Shown: in pieces, positions 9,068-18,085 of the stretch | Numbering within the stretch: position 1 is the stretch's first letter | Layout: every line of letters starts with the position of its first letter | Translations under genes and position numbers: made by a program | The notes under the pieces: generated by a model | What the model was told of the DNA's origin: nothing | The model's input: only the letters and a program-made list of their open reading frames with translations | The model's database searches: none | DNA from: Candidatus Daviesbacteria bacterium | Lineage (GTDB): Bacteria; Patescibacteriota; Microgenomatia; Daviesbacterales; UBA10151 | Length of the DNA: 64,000 bases | NCBI GenBank assembly: GCA_016184225.1 | Contig: JACPDA010000004.1 | Coordinates: 134,800 to 198,799, forward strand | Reading direction: 5' to 3'

Positions 9068-9495
9068 CAAAGCTTCTCTTTGAGTAAGAAAATCTTGTTG
9101 TTCCCGCTAGCCGTCCTGTAACAGGAACTGTTACCAATAAGGCCTTGTGAATTAAGCTCAAATGTGGTAAATTACCTTGTATCAAATGAGTGCGGGAGCT
9201 GGAAGAGTAGAACAATTAAATCAGGTCGGTAGGAAATTTCAGCGTCACGGAGAAAAACAATTAAACCTGCCACCAAAAGAGCTAAGGGCAATTACAAGAC
9301 GCGAAAGACAGTTTCAGAAAGCTCTTGACTGCGAGGCGGAGAAGCAAAATCGGGTCTGGGAGAGGATTCAGAGAGGATTGGGAGGTTATGACGGAACAGA
9401 CTGTTTGGTGCTGCGGAAAGAGATAAACTATCTTAGTCGGTGCGGCATCTCAGTAGATGTGGAGAGAGGTTGATCGTTTACATGGAGACATTAAT

Positions 9496-10269
9496 ATGGA
9501 TAGATTAAGTTTACAGGCCGAAGAGAGAATACTCTTGGGTAAAAAAGTTAAGAATTTAAGAAAAGACGGTAAACTCCCCGGCCATGTTTTTGGTAAGGGG
9601 TTGGAAACCGAACATGTGTCAGTGGACGGGAAAACTTTCCTAAAAACCTTTAAAGAAGCAGGGGAGACTGGTTTAATTGATTTGAAGATTGGAACCGAAA
9701 AAGTCAAGCCGGTAATGGTTAGGGGAGTACAATATGATCCGGTTTCCGGGCAGCCTATTCATATTGATTTTTACCAGGTTAGCCTGACCCAGAAAGTTAA
9801 AGTGCCGGTGCCATTGGTTCTAATAGGTGAGCAGCCGGAATCAGTCCATCTGGGTGAAACTATAGTTTTGCAAACTTTAAACGAGGTGCAAGTTGAGGCA
9901 CTTCCAACAGATTTAGTAGAAAACATTGAAGTTGATATTAGTTCTTTGCAAAATATTGATGATGCCATCACTGTGGGCCAGTTAAGCTATGATAGAGCTA
10001 AATTAACTATTGATGCCGGCGAAGAAGATATTGTTGTAAAACTAGCTCCGGCTGTCACAGCTGAGATGGAAAAGCTTTTGGAGGAAGAAGCTGCTGAGGC
10101 TGCGGCAGCTGCTGCTGAAACTCAAGCAGGTGCGGAGAAGGCTGAAGAAGCTGCTGAAGGCGTTGAAACTGCTGAGGGTGGAGTTCCTGTTGAGGGTGAA
10201 GTCCAGGCAGAAGGCGAGCAGGCTTCGGGTGAAACAAAGCCAAGCGGAGAAGCAGCTGAGAAAGCATAA
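9496..10269 (+). CDS. rplY: 50S ribosomal protein L25 (Ctc form) with low-complexity Ala/Glu-rich C-terminal tail
   Basis: N-terminal L25 domain LQAEERILLGKKVKNLRKDGKLPGHVFGKG...HIDF. Start MDRLSL chosen inside the longer tool ORF 9457-10269. Confidence 0.8.
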   Translation: MDRLSLQAEERILLGKKVKNLRKDGKLPGHVFGKGLETEHVSVDGKTFLKTFKEAGETGLIDLKIGTEKVKPVMVRGVQYDPVSGQPIHIDFYQVSLTQKVKVPVPLVLIGEQPESVHLGETIVLQTLNEVQVEALPTDLVENIEVDISSLQNIDDAITVGQLSYDRAKLTIDAGEEDIVVKLAPAVTAEMEKLLEEEAAEAAAAAAETQAGAEKAEEAAEGVETAEGGVPVEGEVQAEGEQASGETKPSGEAAEKA

Positions 10270-10281
10270 AGTAAACAAAAG

Positions 10282-10650
10282 ATGAATACAACGAAAGAGA
10301 TGATAGACTATGTAGCAGCTAGTCTTACTGGGACTGGTTTCAGTGGTGAAATTATGAATGACTGGACGCCAAACATAGTCTACGCTAGTATGGGTTTGTT
10401 TGGTCGACTTAGACCGGTTAAAAGCTATCAAGAGTATTTTTTAGGCAAAGACCCTATGTTTGAGGCTAAAGGACAATCTGAATTTTCCAGTACAGTTATG
10501 CGATTGAGTGATCCCAAGGCTGTGATTGCGTTTGATAGGTTAGTAAAAGATTTTAATAGTGCTTTACCTATGATAATAGCAGACGAAAACAATGGAGCAG
10601 TACAGTTTTTTTTAAAGAGAGCAAACAAATTGAAAGAGCAACTACCCTAG
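10282..10650 (+). CDS. Hypothetical protein
   Basis: 122 aa ORF with no recognisable motif. Confidence 0.35.
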   Translation: MNTTKEMIDYVAASLTGTGFSGEIMNDWTPNIVYASMGLFGRLRPVKSYQEYFLGKDPMFEAKGQSEFSSTVMRLSDPKAVIAFDRLVKDFNSALPMIIADENNGAVQFFLKRANKLKEQLP

Positions 10651-10693
10651 TAATTGCTTAGTGCGGCGATTCTGCGTTAATTTTGCGGGGATT

Positions 10694-13009
10694 TTAGCCT
10701 CGACTATCTTCCGGCCATTGAGTTACCATGATCGATTTACCCTTATGAGGCAGTTTTTGCCAGAGTTCTTCTGTCAGAAATGGCATGAATGGATGCAGTA
10801 GCTCCAAAGAGGTTTTCAAAACATGCTCCAAAATCGGTTGAGTTTCAGTTCGTCTGGCTTTTGATTTTTCAATATAGACATCAGCAAATTCATGCCAGAT
10901 GAATTCATAAAGAGATTCAGTTGCCAAATGAAGCTGGAAACTTTCCAGGTTTTTAGTAACAGATTTTATCGTCTTGGTTAATTCATCCATGATCTTTTTG
11001 TCATCAGGATGAGTAGTGTCATTCTGGGGAGCGTTAGCGACTCCAGAATCTAGAGTAGGATTCTGGTCCTCGCCAGAATGACGTGTTGTGCCCTCCGGCT
11101 TGAGCTCAATTATGAATCTATAAATATTGCGCAGTTTGGTACCAAAATTACGGAAGTTTTTACACCGCTCATCCATTTGCTGCCTGGAAGTCCGTCCGTC
11201 CCGGCCGGGAATGGAATAGCCATACAGAGCCATCCTGGTAGCATCAACTCCCCACTGGGCCACCAAATCATAAGGGCTGATGCCATTACCCAAAGACTTG
11301 GAAAACTTTCTGCCCTGGATATCTCTTAGCATGCCATGGAAGAACATGTTTTTAAAGGGAATTTCATCCTTGAACCAAAGTCCCAGCATAATCATCCGGG
11401 CTATCCATAAAAACTTGATTTCCGGGGCTGAAGTTTCAAAATCCCAAGGAAAATATTTTTTAAGTTCTTTGGTTTCCTCCGGTTTATCCTGAGCGAAGTC
11501 GAAGGACCAGCCTAAAGTAGCCATCGGCCAAAGCCCGGAAGAAAACCAGGTATCCAGAACTTGTTCATCCTGCACCCAATGCTTCTCCCCGCAGGTTTGG
11601 CAGTTTTTACCAGGTTCTTCAAGGGAGATAACCATATCTTTAAGACCGTCAGGTCGCAAGCTTTGCTTATCCTTGCCTACTAAATGATTAGGATTGCACT
11701 TCTCACAGTACCAAACCGGGATCCGGTGTCCCCACCAAAGAGAACGGGAAATTGACCAGTCATGAATTTCTTTTAACCAGTTACCCAATATTTTTTGGTA
11801 ATTTTTTGGCAGAAAATTAATCCGCCTTAAGTTTTTTAAGGCTTTTTCTGCTAAAGGCGCCATTTTGACAAACCACTCCTCAGAAATCAGCGGTTCGATG
11901 GTAGTTTTGCACCTTTCACAAACAGGAACCGAATGGGTATAGTCTTCCTCTTTTTCAATGGCCCCAACGCTTTCTAACTCCTCCACGGCTTTTTGTCGCG
12001 CCTCGGCAATTTTTAAGCCTGCTAGATTTTTTGCCAGTTCAGTCATCCGGCCGGTTTTATCAATGGCATGTAAAATTGGTAGGTTGTGATCTTTCCCTAT
12101 TTCATAATCTAAGGGGTCGTGGCCAGGTGTGATCTTTAAGGCTCCGGTGCCGAAACCCTTGTCTACCCGTTTATCTTCAAAAATTGGGGTCTTATTGCCG
12201 TTTAAGGGATTAAGAGCGTTTTTACCGACAAATTGGTTAAATTTGGGATGCTTGGGGTAGACGGCAATGCCGGTATCGGCATAAATTGTCTCGGGACGGG
12301 CTGTAGCAATGGTAATAAAGTCATTTGTCATGCTGGCTTGTCCAGCATCTTTCTGAGATTCTGGAGTCGCTTCGCTCCCCAGAATGACACTTTCATTTTT
12401 GATTTGATACCTGACAAAATATAGTTTTTCTTTTCTTTCCTGGTATTCCATTTCCAAATCTTCAATGGCTGTAGCATCTTTGGGACACCATTGGACAATG
12501 TAGGCTCCTTTATACAAGAGGTCCTGATCCCAAAAAGTTTTAAACTCAGCCAGGACTGCTTTTTGAACCTGGGGGTCCAGGGTAAAAACTTCTTTTGACC
12601 AGTCAGCCGAGATGCCCATTAAGTCCCAAGTTTTATGAAAAGAGTTGTAGACTTCTTCTTTAAATTGCCAGGCGCGTTTGAGCCAATCTTCCCGCCCTAA
12701 CTTTTGTTTTGATAATCCTTCTTTTTCCAGGATTTTATTAAAAGTGCCTTCAAAGAGGATTCCGGCATGGTCCACTCCTGGTAAAAGCAGGACGTCATGC
12801 CCCTGCATCCTCTTAAATCGGGCAATGGCGTCCATAATAGAGTGTTCCATGGCATGGCCTAAATGGAGTTCCCCGTTCACATTAGGTGGAGGCATTAGCA
12901 GGGAGTAGGGCTTTTTGTCTGAGTCAGGGTTGGCAGCAAACAACCCTTCTTTTTCCCAAAACTGGTACCACTCACTTTCAGTTTCTTCCTGATTTTGAGT
13001 CTTTGCCAT
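10694..13009 (-). CDS. valS: Valine--tRNA ligase
   Basis: Class I aaRS HIGH motif (PPPNVNGELHLGHAMEH) and KMSKS motif (KFSKSLGN). ValRS-type editing region contains WFSSGLWPMATLGW. Start MAKTQNQ chosen inside the tool ORF 10694-13087. Carries two in-frame palindromic insertions. Confidence 0.85.
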   Translation of the reverse strand: MAKTQNQEETESEWYQFWEKEGLFAANPDSDKKPYSLLMPPPNVNGELHLGHAMEHSIMDAIARFKRMQGHDVLLLPGVDHAGILFEGTFNKILEKEGLSKQKLGREDWLKRAWQFKEEVYNSFHKTWDLMGISADWSKEVFTLDPQVQKAVLAEFKTFWDQDLLYKGAYIVQWCPKDATAIEDLEMEYQERKEKLYFVRYQIKNESVILGSEATPESQKDAGQASMTNDFITIATARPETIYADTGIAVYPKHPKFNQFVGKNALNPLNGNKTPIFEDKRVDKGFGTGALKITPGHDPLDYEIGKDHNLPILHAIDKTGRMTELAKNLAGLKIAEARQKAVEELESVGAIEKEEDYTHSVPVCERCKTTIEPLISEEWFVKMAPLAEKALKNLRRINFLPKNYQKILGNWLKEIHDWSISRSLWWGHRIPVWYCEKCNPNHLVGKDKQSLRPDGLKDMVISLEEPGKNCQTCGEKHWVQDEQVLDTWFSSGLWPMATLGWSFDFAQDKPEETKELKKYFPWDFETSAPEIKFLWIARMIMLGLWFKDEIPFKNMFFHGMLRDIQGRKFSKSLGNGISPYDLVAQWGVDATRMALYGYSIPGRDGRTSRQQMDERCKNFRNFGTKLRNIYRFIIELKPEGTTRHSGEDQNPTLDSGVANAPQNDTTHPDDKKIMDELTKTIKSVTKNLESFQLHLATESLYEFIWHEFADVYIEKSKARRTETQPILEHVLKTSLELLHPFMPFLTEELWQKLPHKGKSIMVTQWPEDSRG
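11018..11082. mobile_element. MITE-like GTCATTCTGG...CCAGAATGAC element inserted in-frame in valS
   Basis: Two hairpins: GTCATTCTGG-loop-CCAGAATC and GATTCTGG-loop-CCAGAATGAC. Translated as ...DSGVANAPQNDTTHPDD... inside ValRS. Confidence 0.75.
12321..12388. mobile_element. Second GTCATT...CCAGAATGAC hairpin element in-frame in valS
   Basis: GTCATTTGTCATGCTGG..CCAGCATC + GATTCTGG..CCAGAATGAC. Inserted peptide ESVILGSEATPESQKDAGQAS lies between conserved ValRS blocks. Confidence 0.7.
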
Positions 13010-13019
13010 GATAGCGCCA

Positions 13020-13679
13020 TTATACTCTATCGGTAGGTGTATCCTTCTTAGATAGAGGCCCGTAGTCGGTAATACGGGATAAGTCATAGGTTGAATATAG
13101 CAGCTTGTGGTTTGGGCCTTGACGGCAAATAGTAATAGTGCCTAGTCTAGGATTTTTAGTAACCGAGACAAGTGTCTCGACTGGGCATCTGTCAATATAA
13201 TTATTAATTTTTAAGTAGAACCCGGAGCTGCCTTTTTCTTTTAGCTCCTGGGCTGTAATGACAAATAAATCTTTAGGTCGGTCTTCCGGGTGATTTAGGT
13301 AATGTTTGTCAGTTTGAATTTGGTCGAGACGAAATATTTCCGGGTAATAGCGGTCTAGCCCAGTTGTCAAGTTAGGAGGCTGTTTTGAGTGCCATTCCCG
13401 CGGGTTGATTGTGTTGTTCGTAATACTCTTTTCAGGGCGTTGAGGCTTGGGGCGCAATTCCAGATAGATAGGAGTTGTGGGATCAAATATTTCTTCCCGA
13501 AGGTCTAGGCGCTTTAGAACAACTTCCTCTTGACCATCTGCCCCGATCCTAACAGAAAACCGGGTATAAGTTCCGGGCGTTACAGGTGTTGCTTGTAAGC
13601 CTACCCACAACCTTCTATTGTAGTCTAGCGGCCGTTCATCTCCCATTTCTATATTCATAATAAACAAAAGTAGCCTCAA
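13020..13679 (-). CDS. Hypothetical protein
   Basis: 219 aa ORF with no recognisable motif; true start may be one of the internal Met codons near the N-terminus. Confidence 0.35.
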   Translation of the reverse strand: MRLLLFIMNIEMGDERPLDYNRRLWVGLQATPVTPGTYTRFSVRIGADGQEEVVLKRLDLREEIFDPTTPIYLELRPKPQRPEKSITNNTINPREWHSKQPPNLTTGLDRYYPEIFRLDQIQTDKHYLNHPEDRPKDLFVITAQELKEKGSSGFYLKINNYIDRCPVETLVSVTKNPRLGTITICRQGPNHKLLYSTYDLSRITDYGPLSKKDTPTDRV

Positions 13680-13723
13680 TGGAGGCTACGATGGGGAAAT
13701 TTTAGGATGGTTTAGAGGGATTG

Positions 13724-14818
13724 TCAATAGGCCAGTGAAAGGTTGGGGTCAGCCTGGAAGGTTAAAGGATTAACTGGGTTGTAGTTAAATATGGCGGCAG
13801 TAGCAATCATGGCAGCATTGTCAGTACATAAATTTGCACTGGGAATGCGCAAGTTAATCGTTAATCGTTTAAGATCGTCAGATTGCAAGCTCTGCTTATC
13901 GTTTATCGTTTTTTTAAACTCAGAAACAAGTTTTTGGTTGGCAGCCACACCGCCGGCTACTATAATTTGCTTAATTTTATACTTTTGGACAGCTTGAATA
14001 GTTTTGGCAACTAATACATCAACAATAGCTTGTTCAATGGCAGCAGCTAAATCGCATTTCACCTTCGAGGTGTAGCTTCTTTTTTTCACCTCGAAGGTGT
14101 GGATTAAGTTTGCTACTGCTGTTTTTAAACCGGAAAAGGAAAAGTCAAAGTCTTTGGAGTTGATCATGGGTCTAGGCAGATCAAACTTTGAGGCGTCTCC
14201 ACGTGTGGCTAACTTAGCAATCTCCGAGCCTCCGGGGTAAGGTAGGCCTAAAAGTCTGGCACATTTGTCAAAACATTCCCCGGCTGCATCATCTCTGGTG
14301 CCACCCAGATATTCATACTTACCATGGTTTTTAAAAAGTACAAGATCAGTATGGCCACCGGAAACCAGCAGGCCCAGGCAGGGGAATTTTGGAATTACAC
14401 CTTCCAGGTGGTGTTGCGCCTGCGGCACACCTGGAAGGTGATCTGTAATCCAATTAGCGTAAAAGTGTCCGATCAGGTGGTTAATGGGAATTAGAGGCTT
14501 ACTCCAGATTGTAGCCAGAACTTTGGCAGTTTCAACTCCAACTAAGAGGGAGCCGATTAATCCCGGTCCATAAGTTACAGCGATGGCGTCGATATCCTGT
14601 TGCCTGTGGCCTGAAGCCTGCAAACTTTCTTCTATTACCGGAATAATAGCTTTAATTTGTTCCCGGGCAGCCTGTTCAGGAATGACGCCGCCATATTTAG
14701 CCTGTAAGCTAGCCGAGGATGCTACCACATTGGACAAAATCCTTACTCCGCTTTCGGTCTTTTGTACTACTGCAGCTGCTGTTTCATCACAAGAAGTTTC
14801 TATCCCAAGTATTATCAT
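13724..14818 (-). CDS. tsaD: tRNA N6-adenosine threonylcarbamoyltransferase TsaD (Kae1/Gcp)
   Basis: N-terminus MIILGIETSCDETAAAV. ASKHA fold and metal-binding histidines (HLIGHFYAN). Carries in-frame repeat insertions (palindrome CACCTTCGAGGTG...CACCTCGAAGGTG at ~14077-14105; TAATCGTT repeats at ~13858-13905). Confidence 0.85.
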   Translation of the reverse strand: MIILGIETSCDETAAAVVQKTESGVRILSNVVASSASLQAKYGGVIPEQAAREQIKAIIPVIEESLQASGHRQQDIDAIAVTYGPGLIGSLLVGVETAKVLATIWSKPLIPINHLIGHFYANWITDHLPGVPQAQHHLEGVIPKFPCLGLLVSGGHTDLVLFKNHGKYEYLGGTRDDAAGECFDKCARLLGLPYPGGSEIAKLATRGDASKFDLPRPMINSKDFDFSFSGLKTAVANLIHTFEVKKRSYTSKVKCDLAAAIEQAIVDVLVAKTIQAVQKYKIKQIIVAGGVAANQKLVSEFKKTINDKQSLQSDDLKRLTINLRIPSANLCTDNAAMIATAAIFNYNPVNPLTFQADPNLSLAY

Positions 14819-15216
14819 TTGGTTATTTTAACAGAGTGTTCTTTTAACCATTTGGAGATCTGTTCAATAGTTAAATTTCCGTTATCTACCCTAATTGCAA
14901 ATTCCACCTCTTTTGTATGATTGTTGGTTAATCTGTATCCATTTTTCCATAGGAATAAACCTGCAGAGGTTAAAGCAGTGCGTTTGTTCCCATCCACAAA
15001 GGGATGGTTTTTCAAAAGAGACTGAAGTAATGCCGCAGCTTTATCAAAGATTGAAAAATAGAGATACTCACCACCAAAAGTTGCCTGGGGTCTGGCTACG
15101 GCAGATTCCACCAAGCCTAAATCTCGTACACCAAAAGAGCCGTCATATCTTTTGACTGCTCTATCATGAATGAATAATACCTGTTGGGTTGTGAGGAAGA
15201 TAATTTTAATTTTCAC
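14815..15216 (-). CDS. doc: Doc/Fic family toxin (death-on-curing)
   Basis: 133 aa. Fic motif HPFVDGNKRTA. Overlaps the upstream AbrB-like gene by 4 nt. Confidence 0.8.
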   Translation of the reverse strand: MKIKIIFLTTQQVLFIHDRAVKRYDGSFGVRDLGLVESAVARPQATFGGEYLYFSIFDKAAALLQSLLKNHPFVDGNKRTALTSAGLFLWKNGYRLTNNHTKEVEFAIRVDNGNLTIEQISKWLKEHSVKITK

Positions 15217-15449
15217 CTATGGGAGAGTTCTTGTAGCACATCTTCATGTTCATTCATAAACTCTTCCACCATTTTGGCGAATTTTTGATCTATACCACTC
15301 AGCTGAATTCTTTTAACCGGTTTGAGTAACAAACCTTCCTTAGTTTCTTTCCACTCCACTTTTGAACCATCTCTAATAGAGAGTTGATGAGCATATGTTT
15401 TTGGGACTGTGACAGCTAAAGAATTGCCGTTTTTAAATACTTTTCTCAT
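15213..15449 (-). CDS. AbrB/MazE/SpoVT-family antitoxin (Phd-like partner of Doc)
   Basis: Swapped-hairpin motif VFKNGNSLAVTVPK. Start MRKVFKNG chosen inside the tool ORF 15213-15521; TATAAT lies about 20 nt upstream. Confidence 0.6.
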   Translation of the reverse strand: MRKVFKNGNSLAVTVPKTYAHQLSIRDGSKVEWKETKEGLLLKPVKRIQLSGIDQKFAKMVEEFMNEHEDVLQELSHR

Positions 15450-15528
15450 GGTTCGACTTCGCTCACCATTATTATACCATAATTGTACTGACAATGTACT
15501 GACATAATTAACATGGTACAATCAGTAT

Positions 15529-16380
15529 ATGATCCCGAAGCAAAAACATGAGTTTATTAAAGACGCCTTGTGGATTTCATATACGGCTTTGAAGGATTTT
15601 ACCCGCTGCCCCAGAAGTTATTATTTGAAAAATAGGTACAGAGATCCTAAGACTGGTAATAGATTGCAGGTAGCATCAGCCCCGATGACTTTAGGCTCCC
15701 TGGTTCATGATGCCATTAAGTGGTATTTACTAACTGGTAGGGTGGCTGGTAAAGATGCTGTAGTTGCTCAATATAAAAACCACTGGTTAAAATACCGGGG
15801 CAAACGGGGTGGTTTCACCTCTACCAAAGAAGAAGCGGAATTTGGCAAACGGGGACTGGCTATGCTGGATAATTTTATGAAGAATGTTGGTAGCTTAGAG
15901 CCGCATGTGCCTCTGTTTGATTTTCTTAAGTTTAGGTTGGATGAAAAAATTATCCTAAACGGCCGGGTGGATTTTGTAGGACAGCTGCCAGATGGCAGCT
16001 TACATATACTGGATTTTAAAACCGGATCAAAAGAGGAGGAAGACTCTACCCAGCTTCACACTTATGCCATTTTGGCAGAGTCGCATTTACAAAAACCAGT
16101 TTCCCGGATCAGTTATTGGTATTTGGACCGGGAATCTGTTCCAAAAGAGGCAGTGCTGGATTCCTTGGAAGAAAAACTGACGTGGTTGCGGGATAAGGCT
16201 TTGCAGATTAAAAGGGCGATTGATGAGAATAATTGGGTTTGTATTGAGGGAGGTCCGCCAGCTGGCGGATTATGCAATGATTGCAGGAGCTACCAGGCGA
16301 TTATTGATGGTAAGGGTGAGTTCCAATTTTCCGATGAAGCTTTTAAAAAGGATGTATACTTTTTGGATAAATTGAAATAA
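15529..16380 (+). CDS. PD-(D/E)XK nuclease family protein, Cas4/RecB-like with 4-Cys cluster
   Basis: Motifs GRVDFV, ILDFK (D-x-K), QLHTYAIL (QxxxY). Cysteines at CPRSYY (N-terminal) and C-x10-C-x2-C (C-terminal), consistent with a Cas4-type Fe-S nuclease. No CRISPR array or other cas genes in the window. Confidence 0.65.
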   Translation: MIPKQKHEFIKDALWISYTALKDFTRCPRSYYLKNRYRDPKTGNRLQVASAPMTLGSLVHDAIKWYLLTGRVAGKDAVVAQYKNHWLKYRGKRGGFTSTKEEAEFGKRGLAMLDNFMKNVGSLEPHVPLFDFLKFRLDEKIILNGRVDFVGQLPDGSLHILDFKTGSKEEEDSTQLHTYAILAESHLQKPVSRISYWYLDRESVPKEAVLDSLEEKLTWLRDKALQIKRAIDENNWVCIEGGPPAGGLCNDCRSYQAIIDGKGEFQFSDEAFKKDVYFLDKLK

Positions 16381-16415
16381 TTGGCTGTAATATCTTATAC
16401 TCTCTAGATTGAGTT

Positions 16416-17252
16416 ATGGAAGAAAGAAGAGCAGGTTTAGTAAACGGGGTTCGGCGTCTGGTTTTTCCTGGAGAGCCAAAAAAGACAGGGGAAACAAAAG
16501 AGGGAAAACCAAAAGAGTTAAGCATAATGTTCCATCTCCACTTGGGTAGACCTGATCAGCTTGATCCTGGTTTGTTGTCTCTGAGAAAGACGAGAGAGGT
16601 TAATGATATATTTAGGGAAGTGACTGGCTCTTCTCTTGCTGATTCGAGTCGGGAATATTATCACTTAGATAAAGCTGATGAGTTAGTGTTATGGAGGGTA
16701 GGAAGGTTGGCTGGTAATTATATCCGGTTACAGCCTCTTCTGGAAGCAGGTTGTCAGCTAAGGGCGGTAGGAAGCGGTGATTCTGCTATATGCAGCGCTT
16801 TAGCTGCCGAAGCAATAAGTTTGAGAACTGCTTTAACTTTGGAGGTAAAACAGTCGAAGTTAATAGCCATTGCACAAGGTGTACACAGCGGATGGTTGTT
16901 TAGAAACCGTCAATTTCCGTTTCGCACATCTAAGATGGAACCTTATTTAGATGAGTTGAAGGGAGCTGTGGCTGAAACAGATATTCAGGAACCTAAGGTT
17001 AAGATAGTAGGAGATAAGGGTCAAATAATCACCACCGCAGCAGGGATTAGCCAGGAGATTATGCGGCAGCCAGTAGAGCCAAGCAATGAGGAGACGGTCA
17101 GGAGGGTACTGAGGCGGTTAGCTCCTCCTGTGCAAGAGATTGGATTAGATGAGGTGGATAATACCAAGAAGTATCTAACTATAGGGACGATTGTAGCGGG
17201 AGGAATTATTTTGACTAAGATCGTTCACGATAAGCGCCAAAAACCTAAATAA
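16416..17252 (+). CDS. Hypothetical protein with C-terminal TM anchor (GC-richer than surroundings)
   Basis: 278 aa. Only recognisable feature is a C-terminal hydrophobic helix YLTIGTIVAGGIILTKIV. Composition differs from neighbours; true start uncertain. Confidence 0.4.
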   Translation: MEERRAGLVNGVRRLVFPGEPKKTGETKEGKPKELSIMFHLHLGRPDQLDPGLLSLRKTREVNDIFREVTGSSLADSSREYYHLDKADELVLWRVGRLAGNYIRLQPLLEAGCQLRAVGSGDSAICSALAAEAISLRTALTLEVKQSKLIAIAQGVHSGWLFRNRQFPFRTSKMEPYLDELKGAVAETDIQEPKVKIVGDKGQIITTAAGISQEIMRQPVEPSNEETVRRVLRRLAPPVQEIGLDEVDNTKKYLTIGTIVAGGIILTKIVHDKRQKPK

Positions 17253-17805
17253 GCTTGATTTCTGCTAAGGTGTTATGGGTATGAAGGCCATTTTCAGGGG
17301 TTGATTCAAAAAGTTTGATGGAGGTAATTTGTACGGGAGTAAAAGGGGCGGACATAATCCTTTCAAAGCTTACCTCTAAGCTGTGACTAATTTTAAATAG
17401 TCTATTCAGTTTAGCCAGAGAAATGTGGGGGACAAAACGTCTTTCATCTACCGGTAGGTGCAAAGTCTCCAGTCCGTCTTTAATCCTTTCCCGGATCAGG
17501 TGGATTTTATCAATGTCTCCTTTGACTCCTACCCATAGAATTTGTGGGTGATGGATCTCCGGAAATCCGTCAAGATAGGCGGGGGTGACCTGGAATGCCG
17601 GTATTCCCTGGGCTGCATCTGTGATGACTTTAATTAGATCCCCCTTTAGCTCCTCCGGCTGCTCGCCAATAAAGGCTAAAGTCAGGTGAATTTTGTCCAA
17701 ATCAGTTAATCTGGCTTGAGGAATTAATGTATGCAGACTATGTTGAATAGATTGAAAGGCCGGTAAATTCTCCTTCGGTATTTCTAAAGCTATGAAAAAC
17801 CTCAT
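17245..17805 (-). CDS. thpR: RNA 2',3'-cyclic phosphodiesterase (2H phosphoesterase, ThpR/LigT)
   Basis: Two H-x-T/S-x motifs: HLTLAF and HISLAK. Confidence 0.75.
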   Translation of the reverse strand: MRFFIALEIPKENLPAFQSIQHSLHTLIPQARLTDLDKIHLTLAFIGEQPEELKGDLIKVITDAAQGIPAFQVTPAYLDGFPEIHHPQILWVGVKGDIDKIHLIRERIKDGLETLHLPVDERRFVPHISLAKLNRLFKISHSLEVSFERIMSAPFTPVQITSIKLFESTPENGLHTHNTLAEIKLI

Positions 17806-18085
17806 ATTTCTCTAATTGACAAATGTTATAAGATTTGTCACATTGAAAGTATAGCATAAGGTTAAATTATGATAGAGCGTTGGAAACCGGTAGATTGTGA
17901 GCAATGCGATTTGAAGAGTTCAATTAAGCACGATGATGGTAAGATATTTTGTTTAGTGACTGGTGGTTTGATAGGAGTGAGTCCCTGTATAATTGAAGGT
18001 CCTTTTATGCGCATACCCAAAACTCTTCTTAGACGGGAAGAGCGGGTAAATGCAGTAGGGAATTTGGTAGGGGTTTGACAGCTGT

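Noticed and set aside
9177-9473. 98-aa ORF as a real protein-coding gene
   Set aside because: No motif, atypical composition, and it lies in a GC-rich leader-like segment. Kept only as a possible ncRNA region in the findings.
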